Program-made: the position numbers and the translations under genes
Shown here: piece by piece, positions 51,301-64,000 of the stretch
Numbering within the stretch: the first letter of the stretch is position 1
How the letters are laid out: each line of letters starts with the position of its first letter
NCBI GenBank assembly: GCA_051362555.1
Contig: CM120641.1
Coordinates: 9,300,001 to 9,364,000, forward strand
Origin: Lingula anatina
Lineage: Eukaryota > Animalia > Brachiopoda
Direction of reading: 5' to 3'
Length of the DNA stretch: 64,000 bases
Notes under the pieces: generated by a model
Told to the model about the DNA's origin: nothing
Database searches by the model: none
Seen by the model: the letters and a program-made list of their open reading frames with translations, nothing else

Positions 51301-54300
51301 GGACCCCTGATATTCAATATTATCATGATTTTCTTACAATACTCAGCTATATGCAATACTCAGTTCAAACTTAGATCTACAATTATGAAAAATATATGGA
51401 AATTGTCTGGTTTCGCCCAAAAAAAATCACCAATTCACGGTGTTGGGTTTTCAAAACGTCTTTGCTACTAAAGGATAAACTTAGTATAAATTGCCCAGCA
51501 GTTCAAACATTTCAACCATAGTGGCACAAAACATGTTGCCTTTCATTTTGGGGCAAATTCATTCATATGACAAATTTCATTTTATTGAAAAAGGTGATTT
51601 GGTAAGAAACAAATTATCCACCCACAGTCAAACCACAGCAGAAAATACTTATAGTGAAAAGATTATTGCTTTAAAAGTGGCATCAATCACCTTGCAGGCT
51701 ATGGTAAATATATCACATGCCTAAAACCTTGCTAAGTTTACATTCTCTTTAAGGGTTTTTATGCTACATCTAATAATATTTTCCAAGCCATTTTTTATAT
51801 TAAACCCCTACCCCCATAAAATGTATCACTATGAACCTACTATTTCATCTATTATAGTATTATAATTTTTCCTTGTTTTTCAAATTCAAACACACAGTTT
51901 CCCTTTATTTCTCCCACAGTGAGTTGCAGTGGGATAGGCAAGAATCAAGAAAAGCTGCTTAATTTGCACATACCAATTGACTCTTAAGATAATCACATTA
52001 AATATGAATACATACTTATAAATAACTGAATCTGATTGTGAACAATCAATAGACTACAGTCAAGGAACAGAATGATTAAGGCAAATAGCAAGCTCTAGAG
52101 GTGCTTTTGTCCAGAATTTTTATTATCATGTCACATTCCAGGTCTGGATTTGCAGAAAGTCCTATGGGGTTCCACTGTACAGAGCAGGCAGGACAAAAGT
52201 AAGTAGTGGCATTGTACTATAGTTGAGGAACCATTTTCGCTTTTATTCTGGGAAGTTAATTGAACCCGCAGAACACTTCCTTGGCAATACTTGTGCTAAT
52301 CTTTTTAGAAGAAAATATCAATGTACATCAGTTGTGCTTAGTAGAAATATGAATACAAAATTGGAAAGAGAAAAATACATTTTACTGACTAATCAAAATA
52401 CTTACATAAAATCAATATATGAAAGATCAATTGAAATTCTCATGATCAAATATTCATTCAAGAGGCTAGACAAGAATCTTAGTCAGAGCTGATTTTTTAT
52501 TAAAAAATATTCTAAGAAACTGGAGGTTAAGGCATACATTACTCAGCACGAACTGAAAAATATTTTAAGTGTTCAAGCAAGCTAAGAGAGACATTAATAA
52601 AACTGCTCATATTAGTTGTGACCAGTTAACTAGGGGAGACAGTCATGGTGATTGTGTTAGTTGAGACAAGTCAGCTGGAGGAGACACTCATGGCGATTGT
52701 GTTAGTGGTGGTATGGATGTGCTATGCTGCAGCCATGGCACGTTTGAGAGATTCCCTAACAATGTCCACAATCTTAAGAACTCAACTGAATTGTTTTGTT
52801 TTTAATTAGTCTTTCTTCATCATCTAAACTTTTCTTTGTTATTACTATTCTTTATGGAGGAGGGAGGAATTTCACATCTTTATGCTCTATATAAATATGA
52901 TTTACAGGGTTTGTAGACTGTTATTAATAAATAAGATAAAACATTCTTATCCAAATGGCTTAGGTCCTTAATTTCAAAAATAAAATTTATTTGAATTTTT
53001 TTTAAAACAAATTTTTAAAATAAAAATATTAAGTGCGATCTTTGGCTACTTCCCTGCATTCACTTCATATCAAAATTGATACCTCACATGTTCAAGTGCG
53101 ACTTAACATTTCAGCTTAAATTTTAAAAGTCATCAAGCTGTAAAATACTTGAACAGGCCATCTAAATGATGACTAGACAGATGGCTGACTTCCCCCAGTG
53201 CCCATTTTCATGTTAAAGTACTTGCACAATTTCTATACCTTAAGGCACAAATCAATTTCTTTTTCTATTTTTAAATAATGAGCTTTGTAGAATGGGCCCT
53301 CTTCCCTAACACTTTTAATGGCAGCCTATACCTTAAAAGCTATGCAATTCTTTAGATCACTTTTAGATATTAGCATGTTTTGGGAGCAATGTAGGTTTTG
53401 ACTTAAGCAATAAGTCATCAACCTATAAAATCAACTTACTAGACACTAAAAGCTGCAATTATGTTGCCATGCATCAAAAAGGACAAAAAAATAAACTCTA
53501 TGTATAAGGCATATAGACAAAAGGCAGTAGAAAAACTAATACTAAATGGTGGGCAAATCCACTTCATGATAAAAAGTACATAGTTTCAAATCACTTTGAA
53601 CAGCAAGACCTGCTCATTTTCCAATTCCTATGAATATTGAAAAAGATTATCTGATTGCGTTATGTTCCATTTTGCCAACTCATTCAAGATGTGCTCCTAA
53701 GAATGAAGAGTTTCGTTCAAATATTTGTACATAATCAATTTATAAGCATATGATAGCTTTCAAATATATAGAGGTTGGTTCATCCATATCCTCACCAGTG
53801 TGAAGCCAGCATAGGCCAAAGAAAAAACAATGCAGAGCAATTTTGTCAATAGAAGTTTCTACAATTATTCTTAGATTTGAATTAGTGTCACTTTCCAATA
53901 GGAAATCAATTAAAGAAACAACTGTCAATTTCTCTTGGTATTCAAGTGTCAACATCTTTTATTGATTTTTACACTGGTTTATCTCTGAAAAATTCTGTAT
54001 GCAACCACACTGGGGGAGGATACCTCCCAGTGTCTGTCTTATTCTTCTTCATTCAAAACCTAGGCAGGGACTTCTGATAAAGAGCACAATGAACAACCAC
54101 ACATAACATTAGTCAGAGAAAAGAAAATCACATTTCTTACATTCCACAAGGGACTGCAGAAACATAGTTACACAAAGCTGACATCTTTGATATTGACAGC
54201 TCAGGACATCTTTGCTAATAACCCCTTTTTTCAGATATACTAAGCTGATAAATAGTTGCAGTAGATCAATATTCCTTGGAATTCTGCTGGAGAGGTTTTA

Positions 54301-54362
54301 AAAAGAGGGATAAAGGACATTACCACAGTTGCTATTCTGCCAAACAAAGGTTGCCTACTCAT

Positions 54363-54402
<40 letters not shown>

Positions 54403-55733
54403 GTTGATGTACAAGTCTATTGAGTTTTTTTAAAGATGTAACAAAATTTAGCTTTCCTCTTTTTCTCCATGCCATTTATTGATTTCCTTCTTGATGAACA
54501 TTACTTTTTTAACCTGCTGACCTCCCAAACCCATCAGAGACTCAGATATAGCAGGAACAAAGCCAATCTTCATTACCAATATTTAATCATGAAATGAAAT
54601 GCTCATCTAAATGCATGTGATATTAATCAATGATGGGAGCTCTTGAAAACAAAACCATGTTAGAATCCCAAGCAAATACAGAGCCTGACATGAGTACTGC
54701 ATAGAGATCAAGATGTCTGTCAATCAATTCTGTTTAAAATGAGACCTTCATGCTATACAACAACAGCATGCTAATGTAAAGGTTTAAAGAACGAGTCCCC
54801 AAATCATATGTAAGTGGCAGACAGGTACGGCAGAGAAATCAATATTATCTTCTCCAATTAGGACAATATATCATGCTATGCGACTGCATCTAACTGTTGT
54901 TTACCTGTTTCTAAAATAATACCAGGAACAATTCCTTGCTATAATAGTAGAACAAGTAATCAGCAAATTCTACCTATCTGACTGCAGTTTTCTATTATAT
55001 CCTGCCACTGACATGTCTTTCTGTCAGTTGTATGTGCCTTTTCCTTTTTATTTTGATAAATAATTTGATTTAATAATACAAGCAAGTTGATATTTAATAG
55101 GTATGAAAAACTATCATGGTTAGTGAAGTCTCTGTAGGATCATATCTATCCTCAAAGATCACCAGCTCCCAAAAGATATCCATTCCTCTCCCAAAGATTT
55201 TCATCTTTTACTACTTTTTCACTGCCAAATTTTTAAACTGAAATAATAGTATAAAGCCCTGTGCACTGGGATACACATTATTACACTTAGGAAACATATG
55301 TTGTTGTTAAGGAATCATTTTGTACAAAAAAAGTATCAGCATAAAAACATCTCTCTGCACATTTTGGATTACATTAAGTGCTGTCACATTTCAGAGGGGC
55401 ATTATCATGTATTCAGATTAGCTTCCAGGTTTGTGTTTTATAATTAATATGTATAAGAACATGTCACCCTATTAAAATTATATATTCACCCACTTCTCAT
55501 ATGTACAATAATGTTTATGTGCACTGACAATCATCAGATTACCTATGAATAAAAAATGTAGATAGTAAAACATAAAAGTAAATTCCCCACTCTTTATATA
55601 GTATATATATAAAATATTCATTGCACCTTTTGCATGTACGTACCTCATCTGTGGTTGCATTCATCTTCATCTGAATTTCATTTAATTCAGACCTCATGTC
55701 TTCTTCTGTAAGGTTCCCTCCTTGTCCAGCCAT
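34508..55733 (-). CDS. SNAP25: SNAP-25 (Qbc-SNARE); coding exons 55733-55644, 43940-43899, [43239-43191 or 42829-42781], 40362-40245, 39639-39505, 37055-36911, [35629-35570 or 35191-35129 or 34573-34508]; 212-214 aa
   Basis: [30 protein letters not shown]|[14 protein letters not shown]|[17 protein letters not shown]|[38 protein letters not shown]..|..[48 protein letters not shown]|[19 protein letters not shown]. It has two SNARE motifs, a palmitoylation Cys cluster and consistent GT-AG phases. Confidence 0.95.
35129..35191 (-). CDS. SNAP25: SNAP-25 alternative last exon 2 (...KLLG*)
   Basis: attttttag|GCCACC...CTTCTTGGTTAG. Confidence 0.75.
   Translation of the reverse strand, partial: ATSNEVRINEANKRANKLLG
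35570..35629 (-). CDS. SNAP25: SNAP-25 alternative last exon 1 ([19 protein letters not shown])
   Basis: gttattttag|GCCACC...CTTCTTTAG; AATAAA on the minus strand at 35524-35529. Confidence 0.75.
   Translation of the reverse strand, partial: ATSNEVRINEANKRANKLL
42271..42319. repeat. 49-nt poly-A tract in a SNAP-25 intron
   Basis: Uninterrupted A run. Confidence 0.95.
42781..42829 (-). CDS. SNAP25: SNAP-25 alternative exon b (49 nt, [16 protein letters not shown])
   Basis: tactaccag|AGCCAAGAT...CAGGGCG|gtaaga. Confidence 0.9.
43191..43239 (-). CDS. SNAP25: SNAP-25 alternative exon a (49 nt, [16 protein letters not shown])
   Basis: gggtgacag|AGTAAGGAT...CAGGGAG|gtaaga. Confidence 0.9.
50270..51201. 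mobile_element. PIF/Harbinger-like MITE (outer), TAA TSD, long imperfect TIRs
   Basis: taa|gaccccgttcccatacctagattgatc...gggtttcttgctaa versus ttagcaagaaacccc...gatctaggtatggaatggggcc|taa. Confidence 0.8.
50335..51018. mobile_element. PIF/Harbinger-like MITE (inner) nested in the left TIR of the outer MITE
   Basis: taa|tacccccgtcacact ... agtgtgacgggggct|taa; interior rich in cgaatg/cattcg motifs; removing it restores the outer TIR. Confidence 0.8.
54367..54396. repeat. (AT)n microsatellite
   Basis: atatatatat run, directly visible. Confidence 0.95.
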
Positions 55734-57744
55734 CTTTCACTATGATTAGGTTCTAGTTTATACCAGTCTGTTTTAAGTGAAGCTGGAGTCCTCCAGGACC
55801 CTAAAACCAAATACATTTGAGGTTAGTCTCACAGATAAGTAAAGTCTCACAGATATCAACCATGAATGCAAAATTTATAATGCTGGAAATTTTTAGGCTT
55901 GTTTTAAATAAGAACTTTTAGAAATTCTTACTTTACCAGCAATTCAGGATGAACCCCCCAAAAATTAATTAATAAAAAAACTTCTCGTACACAATCATGC
56001 CACATTACAATTATCAAATGGTTTAGAAAATTATTGAAGAAAAGTTTCGGAGGATAGAAAATATCTGAAGTTGATACTGAACCAGCTGAAAGGGCTGTGG
56101 GATGGGCTGGGGAAAGGGAGGGGGGCAATCAATTTCTGCTTCTGATTTCACTTATCAAATAATATCACATTTTAAATCTCAAATATAACCACGTGGTGTA
56201 AAAAACCATTAATAATATTAACATTTCCAACATATTCGTATAATCACCAGCTTTTCTGTATACTCCTTAATGCCAGGATGAGGTGTGTTAATTTGTTTAA
56301 CTGGTAGCATTCAGAGAGAGTCCCTGCAGAATTGGGTCAATCCATGTAGACCTATAGTTTGGACCTGCACAGGTTGCTAACCAGTGTGACTTTACTGCCA
56401 GAATTAAATCTTCACCACTAATTACAAATTATCACATAATTTATAAAACCAAATTTACAACAACTATTTTCAAACTTCAAGTCTAATTTTTTTCCACAGA
56501 AGTATGTTCTCTAAGAATATGTACACTTTGACACATTAGATCTGGTGTAAAGAACTAAATGTATGGGATATAGGTGTATGCTAATTACATGCATTATTAC
56601 TATATTTATTTAACACAGTTATGCTGGTTCTCACACATCTGATATCTACAGACATGAATCCAGTTGGGATTGTGTGACCTAAGTAAGTATTAGCCATATC
56701 AGCAAGAAAACGGTGAGCTTACCACAGAAAGCTACAAATGAGGCTTACCTGTATTACAGTGACAGTGGGTAAGACACCAGGGAGAGTTGCTCCCTCTGAT
56801 GAGATAAGAGTACTCAGGCTTAAAGAAATGGATAGTGTCAAGTTAGATCCAACTCTGCTGGATGCCTTTAGATGATATGTTTCTTTTTTGCTGTCTTTAA
56901 TCAAACACAAGGATGGGTGGAAAAATCAATTTTCACGCCTACACAAACACGTAATCTGTGCATTGTTGGTGCTACATACTAGAGACCCAACTTTTAATCA
57001 AAATTAAAGTGATGTATTACCATTCTAATAGTATTAACTCACAATTACATCTTTAATCCTAAGACAAGAATTTAAACCCCCATCCAAAATATATATAAAT
57101 ATACATACAACACGTTGCTTTTAAATCAAAATAATATTAAAATAAATCTAATGTGCATTTGGTTGGGTGCATATATAGCTTATTGTTAATTCCCTTCATG
57201 GGAAAAGAAAAACTAAATACAATGAGAAGGACATCGTTGCCAAACCTTTGCCTGTGAACACAACAAATCTTCTGAGATTACAGCCTGGGATCAATACCTA
57301 TCTCAACCATGCTAATACCACAAGCTCAAAATTGTAATTAACTTATACAGGAATGAGGAGTTTCTTTGCTTTATTCACATGAGACAGGGCATAATGCAAC
57401 TTTAAAATAAAACAGTGAGATGCTTTGTAAATAAAAAGAGGAGATTACTAAATCACTAACAAATATTACTGCCACAATTAACCTTGCCTTTTACCACAAT
57501 TGGGGTCATCTTACATGATGAGTAAGGTTTTTATAATGGTAATTATATATGTGTATATTTATATGTAAATATATTACTATATTATCTGTATAATATATTA
57601 TTTGTAGCTGTCTTAAACATGTAAAAGCAATGTGGCTGGGAAATTCCAAGAGTCACCCTAATTGGAAAGATATGAAGATTGTTTTGTTGACATTACTGTC
57701 CCTTATTGCATAACATCTAAATATACATGTATATGTATTGAATG

Positions 57745-57797
57745 CAGGCCCGTAGCCAGCAATTTCAACCCCCTGAACCCCCCTGGCTACGGGCCTG
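57745..57797. mobile_element. 53-bp minimal MITE with CAGGCCCGTAGCCAG TIRs and 5-bp TSD, copy 3
   Basis: gaatg|caggcccgtagccag...ctggctacgggcctg|gaatg. Confidence 0.9.
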
Positions 57798-58224
57798 GAA
57801 TGAATATTGCCAGTATATGACAAAATACAGTATACCATTTCTTTCAAATTAAGGTTATACTGTACTTAGCTATACATTTGGTTAATTGCAAAGTGAAATG
57901 CAAAAAAAAGGTGCTCAGAAAAACTTTTTTGTTTTTGAAAAGTACCTGTACTAGTATATGAAATTATGTATGATTCAGCTGCCATCATATAATGACTGAA
58001 ACATAATACATTACCTGTCACTGTGTTGATCACACGCTGTTCAGTAAAAAGCCCACTAGACTCACTGAGAATAAATTCAATATATATACTATAAAAAAAG
58101 TGTCATAGTAATGGGGGCCAGCTTATGTAGCCATATGCAATTTTTACAATAATGACAATAGAGCATAGAGAACATAGTGAACAATGAGGACAGTGAGGCA
58201 TAGGATTCACAATAGCCCCTTTAA

Positions 58225-58561
58225 AGGGATAATAACTCTTCGTTTTGGCAAAAAAATGAATTTTCCTGGAGTAAAGAACAATTTTCCCATACTTACCAAT
58301 GGTTAATGAATCTGTTTTTACATTCAAAGTTAGTCCCTGGTTTTTTTCTAAAAAGTTTGGTTTTTTGTTAAAATCTCTTAAGAGATTATAGCAGAGTAAA
58401 GCCATCAATGGAGGTCACGTGGTCTAAGGACAAGCTCAGATATCAGAATAATAACTATAACTGTCGTTTTTGTGGTAAAACAGAATATATTATATTTCTG
58501 CGAGTTGTTCACAATGTTTTTACTGTCAAATATAGATCTCATACAAAGAGTTATTATCCCT
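58225..58561. mobile_element. Kolobok-like MITE, TTAA TSD, 16-bp perfect TIR
   Basis: ttaa|agggataataactctt ... aagagttattatccct|ttaa. Confidence 0.85.
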
Positions 58562-59878
58562 TTAAGATAAATTACAATTACCATGTTTAAGATTTACAAT
58601 TACATGCAGCATGTTTATAATTAATGCTCCTTGAACAGCAGCTGTATAGAAAGGTATAATTAAGTGGCCAACCAGTAATTTAATGTAGACCTTATTAATG
58701 TACACTTACCTACCTATTAGTCACTGGAATTTTTTTTGAAATCTGAATATACTACATGCCACTAATAATCTGTTATTGTTACATTGTTATTTTGAAATTG
58801 TTTTGTACTATTTTCATCATAAACTTGTGTATTAACCTCTTGAATGACGCAAGTAATGTGAACTAGTTCAAGATGACAAACCTTATATACAGACTGTGGA
58901 GCCTCATTGTCATACTACCGTAGCCCTTTTCACGACTAGTACTTTACAAGGCTACAAACTGAATTCAACACACAGTTTTGCTGTTGACAAAGTATGTTAC
59001 TTATATATTTATAAATGACCTAGAACACTTTTAAACATGATAAAGACATAAAACAAACTGGTGCCAACTAACAACTGTGATGCCTGGAAATGAAAAATGA
59101 TATGAACATTGTTTTGAATGAGTAATAAGATAAAGCTGACAGTGGGAATTTAGGTATATATATAGAAAGTATGATCAATATTTGTTTCTTGGAGTGTGAT
59201 GCATCACTAATTTGTCTCTTATGTCCTTATACTGTACATAGTGCTCCCCTTTATCTAAAAAGGACAAGAAAATATATATATGCATGTCTCTAACTGCTAA
59301 GTCCCCTTTTCACTGGATTAAAGCCATAACATGGTGGTTATCTATAAAAAAACAACATGCTTGGTGATGCATCAATTATGCCTAAACACAAAGCTGGAAA
59401 TAACTGGTAAGTGCTATAGCTAGCACATCGCTAAATGCTATGCTGAAAAAATTTCAATCATTATCTATCAACTACTAGCCAGTTTCAAACCAAATCCTGA
59501 CGATAACCCACTGCAAAAACTTTGAAACTTCTGAGACATATCTCATATCATGATATGCAAAATTACCTATACTGGGGTTTAAAGCAATCTATATTACTAA
59601 AATAACTGCCATCTGTGTGTCAATCCTCAAAGCAAGGTTAATGAATATTCACAGAATTTCTACTTGTCAGGAATTATCATTGAGACTTGCTAACAAGGCA
59701 GCATGATTGCAAGGGATTAATTCCACACAGATATCAATATTAATTATTATGCACATTTCGACATTTCAGAGATATTATACAATAAAAACAGGCTACATTG
59801 GAGTCCATGGAAACATTTATTAAAACAACCCAATATCATTACAAAATAAGCTTATATAATTAATAATATACTCTTTAA

Positions 59879-60510
59879 AGCAATAATAACTCTTCCTTTG
59901 AGATTCAAAATTCCGCATGAAATACATTTTAAACAACGCATGGAAATATATTCTATCGTATTTTACCACTAAAACGGCCGTTATTGGAGTAAAACTAAAA
60001 TCTGTGCTTGTCAATGGGGCTTTCGATGCCATTTTTTCCAGTCATCAAGGCATTCGTTGCTAATGACGTAATGGTGTCACGCGGATTCTCGCGTTCATTC
60101 GAGACCAAAATAACATATGGCGCCAAACACATTAATGCGGACGCAGACGTAAGTTGCGAGTTTTTGTACAGTGCGTCGGAATAACGAAAAGCCCAGAATG
60201 GCACACATTGTGGATATAAATGCATTTTTAACAAAAAGACGAATATATCTCATGAATCTTATATAGTGTTGTTGTTGTCTGCTTTTCCCGCGGTTTTAAG
60301 TAGGTCACCAGTGACTTTGCAATGTCAGAGAGAGCTCCGTCAGTTAAAATCTCTTAAGAGATTTTAACAAAAAACCGTACGTTTAGGAAAAAAATCCTGG
60401 ATTAACTTTGAATGCAGAAATGGGGTCGTTGACCATTGGTAAGTACGGGAAAATTGCCGTTTTTTCCAGGAAAATCCAATTTTTGGCCAAAACGAAGAGT
60501 TATTATGACT
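59879..60510. mobile_element. Kolobok-like MITE related to 58225-58561, opposite orientation
   Basis: ttaa|agcaataataactctt ... aagagttattatgact|ttaa; about 60340-60510 is the reverse complement of about 58225-58395. Confidence 0.8.
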
Positions 60511-61951
60511 TTAAGTATCACCTAGAATAACCACAGAACACTATGAAACCACTCTCCCTCACATTTACATGAATAATTTAAGTTCTTGTTTATACGCCAA
60601 TAAGTCAATGCAGTCTCACATGGAATCTGGTAGGTGCTTTTATTAACATATATAGATTTCTCTTCATAACATCCCTATTGTTATTCTAGTAAATCCCAAG
60701 ATAATTTTTGTAGTGCTGAGATTTGATCTTTGCATGAACCTTCCAATGATAGGTTATTCACTAAATTGGTACCTTACATGTACATTCATAAGGACTGGCA
60801 AAGAGCTTTATCAAAACTATGTTTTTTTTGTCATTTTTCAAAGCATTACAACTCTAGTATATAAGTAATCTACAAGTGTCTTGTATTCATTTTAAGACTA
60901 CTCTCTCTCAAACTTTTTAATATCTTTTTTGAGTTTTTAATATTTTTTAGAAAAAGTTTTTATTAATAAAACTGCTAAATGCAGTTGATCACTAAAGATG
61001 TAATCTCAATGCTAAATAGATATGTAGAGAGAGACGGTGCAATTAGACAGGGATATCACTTTGATCGTAGTAAAAATACCTGTATCCTACAGAAATCTTG
61101 CCTGTGAAATAAAAAAAAATTGCCATGCATTACAGTTATGTGTATACTATATACTGCCCGACTAAAACCTGTAACAAAAATAATACGATCCTGTGCTAAT
61201 CAGTGGTTTTCTTGTTAATTAGAAGATCTTTTGCAAAATAATGATTTAAAAGACGGAAAAAAATGGTTCATGTTGTCTTATGTGTGGGACATTATTCAAA
61301 ATGTATGAAATCATCATGGTATTATAGCTATTACATGCCTCCTCAATATTACAATGTTCAAATCATATTTAACATGCTACTTTTCCTGGGGATGGGGGAT
61401 GGAGGAAGGTGGGGTTGGGGAGAGAGAGGGGGAGGGGGAAGGAATGCTGAGCCATAAAAATAGCTATATTTAAATTTGTAGCTGGGGTTCTAAAAAACAA
61501 TGGTGTGATTTTCACTGTTATAATATGTGGCAACCAAACATTTCATTATAATATACTAGGCATATGACCCCTCACGATTTTTAAAAACACTGACAGTCAG
61601 GGCAAATATTAATTATTATATATTGAAGAAGTGGGTGTTTACATATCTGTTCGTGTTTCACTATCTTGTTTATATCCTATGAAGTAAAATTAAGGTTTTA
61701 AACTTAGTGCCAAAATCTGTACACTATACACACCAACTTGCCAAATGCCATATGTAATGTGCTAACAGCTGCCTTAGGCAGTTCACAGAGCCAGAGGCAA
61801 AGAAGCAAAAGCAAAGACCCGTCGGCAACCTATTTTAAACAGGAAATGATGTTTATACCTCCAAAGCAGCTCGATATAATCTTCATATTAAACCCTAAAC
61901 AAAACGAACCCATTTTAAACCAAGAGACTGGTATTAAGCTCATATACCTAC

Positions 61952-62040
61952 CTTGATCTGAGCTACTACACAAAATTATATTTATTTGCCCTCGGAGGAT
62001 GTTGTCTGCTTACAAAATATGGCGCTCATGACGTCACTGG
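61952..62040 (-). promoter_or_regulatory. Candidate SNAP-25 promoter and non-coding first exon
   Basis: Donor GATCAAG|gtaggt at 61952; perfect CRE palindrome TGACGTCA at 62029-62036 next to a YY1-like aatatggcg. The ATG-bearing exon has an acceptor at 55800, which requires an upstream exon. Confidence 0.5.
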
Positions 62041-62499
62041 GAGAAAAATCTTTTCAAACAATAATAAGGTAGCGAAATATACGTTTTAGTGCATGGACAT
62101 ATGGTTAGTCATGTCACCAAATAAATCTACGGCAATAAGCATTTTCTAATATTTAGTTAACATACATCTCATTTTACCCAGCATACACTGCTGTGGCATG
62201 GCGGAAACTCGGATTCAAGCGATAATATTCAAATATAGAAGCTACTGAATAACTTGACTTGCTTTGCTCGTTAGATATATCGGTAAGGCTTAGAAAACAC
62301 GAGTCGTTTTGGATATCGTTAGTGATATGTGCGTCTTTTGTTTTAATTGTTCACTGCAACAAGCTTTGAATAAGCTTATCACCGAGAGGTCATTGAGTTG
62401 TTTACATTTTGCCGTTCGGGCACCCAGGCGCAGTGAATGATTGACATAATGAAGTCAAAGAACGAGTGAGATAAATAGCTGAAATATATACCAGTCCCA

Positions 62500-64000
62500 T
62501 TATTGTACCACCAGCGTTAGCGCTGGCGGTACACATGGTTTCGGTCTCGTCCGGATCGTTCCGCCGGCTCCGCCGGCTCCGCCGGTTCCGCCGGCTCCGC
62601 CGGCTCCGCCGGACGGCTACCGTTACCGCTTCTCCTCCTAGACGGTAAGGCCCCCCATACCCATCTCATGGATTTAGGTCACCTATAATCTCAACTCGTT
62701 CCACGTAAAATTTGGGCTTTGTCGGTATTGGGGTCTGGGTGTGGCACTCATTGCAATGCACCCTTGTCTAAAAATGGCAAAATTAAATGCTAATTATCTA
62801 CCCTACGGAAGGAGTTATGGGAAAAATTTCTATAGACGGCTTTCCAAAAGTCATATGTGTAGATTTCAAATATACCCTTGGATTTGACCTTTGACCTTTA
62901 CTTCAAGGTCAAATGGGCCAAAATTTTCAAAAAAATGAAATTTTTTACGAAAAAAAAATTTTTTGCCCTGTTATTCAGACACCACACAGACTTAACCAAT
63001 AATATTATTGGAAAGTGTTACCCTTCAGGTCATCTTTCATCTCCATGAATTTAGGGTCAATCGGTGCATTTTCACGGGAGTAGCGGCCATAAGATACCGA
63101 AACTGAAAACTGTCTCTAATTCGGGAACCGTTAATGCTAGAGACCCATTCTTTTTTGCATTTTGTAGAGCATGTAAAGCCCAACACTGGAGGTGGTCTCG
63201 GTTTTTTTGTATTCCATACGGTTTTCGAGTTACGCTGTATCAAAAAGTACATATTGGTGGTAAAAGCAAAATGTGCAGTACGGTAATGGATAATAAATTT
63301 TGAACTCTGGAAAAATAAAACATTAGGCTTGGCAAAGCAGACAACTTGTGTTCAAAAATGACATAATTTCATCAAATTTGAACTTCTGAAACTTCAGAGC
63401 ACCTCCTATTTCAAGAATTTTGACCAAAATGACATTTTCTTTATTTTAATTAATTTTTTCTGTACGAAATTTAAGGCACATTATGGTAACTCCAAAATTA
63501 TAGCATTTAGTCCCTTATATCTCCAAAACTGGCAGAGATAGGTCTATAGTTACTATTGAAGTTGGATAGGAAGTCATATACTGGCAATCTATATGTGACC
63601 TTAAAATTGACCTTTGACCTACTTTTCACCATGAACTGAACTTTGCAAATTTTTCTTCCCTTTTATCTCCAAAACTGGCAGAGATAGGCCCATAGTTACT
63701 ATTGAACTTGAATAGGAAGTCATATACTGGCAATCTATATGTGACCTTAAAATTGACCTTTGACCTACTTTTCACCATAAACTGAACTTTGCAAATTTTG
63801 CTTTCCTTTTATCTCCAAAACTGGCTGAGATAGGTCCGTAGTTACTATTGAACTTGAATAGGAAGTCATATACTGGCAATCTAAATGTGACCTTAAAATT
63901 GACCTTTGACCTACTTTTCACCATAAACTGAACTTTGCAAAATTTGCTTCCGTTTTATCTCCAAAACTGGCAGAGATAGGTCCATAGTTACTATTGAACT
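62500..64000 (+). mobile_element. Helentron-type non-autonomous element with internal tandem repeats, running off the window
   Basis: 5' hairpin gtaccaccagcg-ttag-cgctggcggtac (62505-62532), (ccgccggct)n at 62561-62612, tgacctttgacct motifs, internal tandem array. Confidence 0.7.
63519..64000. repeat. 146-bp tandem repeat, at least 3.3 copies
   Basis: atctccaaaactggc starts at 63519, 63665, 63811 and 63957. Confidence 0.95.

Noticed and set aside
56720-56930. Possible alternative 5' UTR exon of SNAP-25 (two minus-strand gtaagc donors)
   Set aside because: Donor-like motifs alone are not enough without transcript data.
44000-61900. Many 60-100 aa ORFs in the SNAP-25 introns
   Set aside because: AT-rich, mostly non-ATG starts, no motifs; consistent with chance ORFs or MITE sequence.

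Overview
AT-rich animal genomic DNA with GT-AG spliceosomal introns. It is probably from a marine invertebrate such as a mollusc (inference from repeat types and SNAP-25 sequence). 1-18.2 kb is a nest of DNA transposons. Two decayed pogo-like elements carry OTU-like domains. One is split by a candidate TTAA-flanked Kolobok-like insertion. Inside that sits a complete 10.8-kb IS3EU-like element (5950-16745) with TACGG...CCGTA termini, a 6-bp GTTATC target-site duplication and 465-bp TIRs holding arrays of a perfect 20-bp palindrome. The element carries two convergent spliced genes: an integrase-type transposase whose first catalytic Asp is replaced by His, and an intact HECT E3 ubiquitin ligase whose first exon begins inside the right TIR. 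22-24 kb holds a two-exon gene joining a putative actinoporin/aegerolysin-like domain to an apolipoprotein-L domain, with a partial duplicate nearby. 28-30 kb is LRRC57 (5 coding exons, + strand). It lies tail-to-tail with a SNAP-25 gene (- strand, about 32-62 kb) that has two duplicated 49-nt exons and three duplicated alternative last exons. Several MITE families, Helentron-type non-autonomous elements, a LINE remnant and a 146-bp tandem repeat make up the rest. Family names come from recognising motifs by eye; no database search was run.
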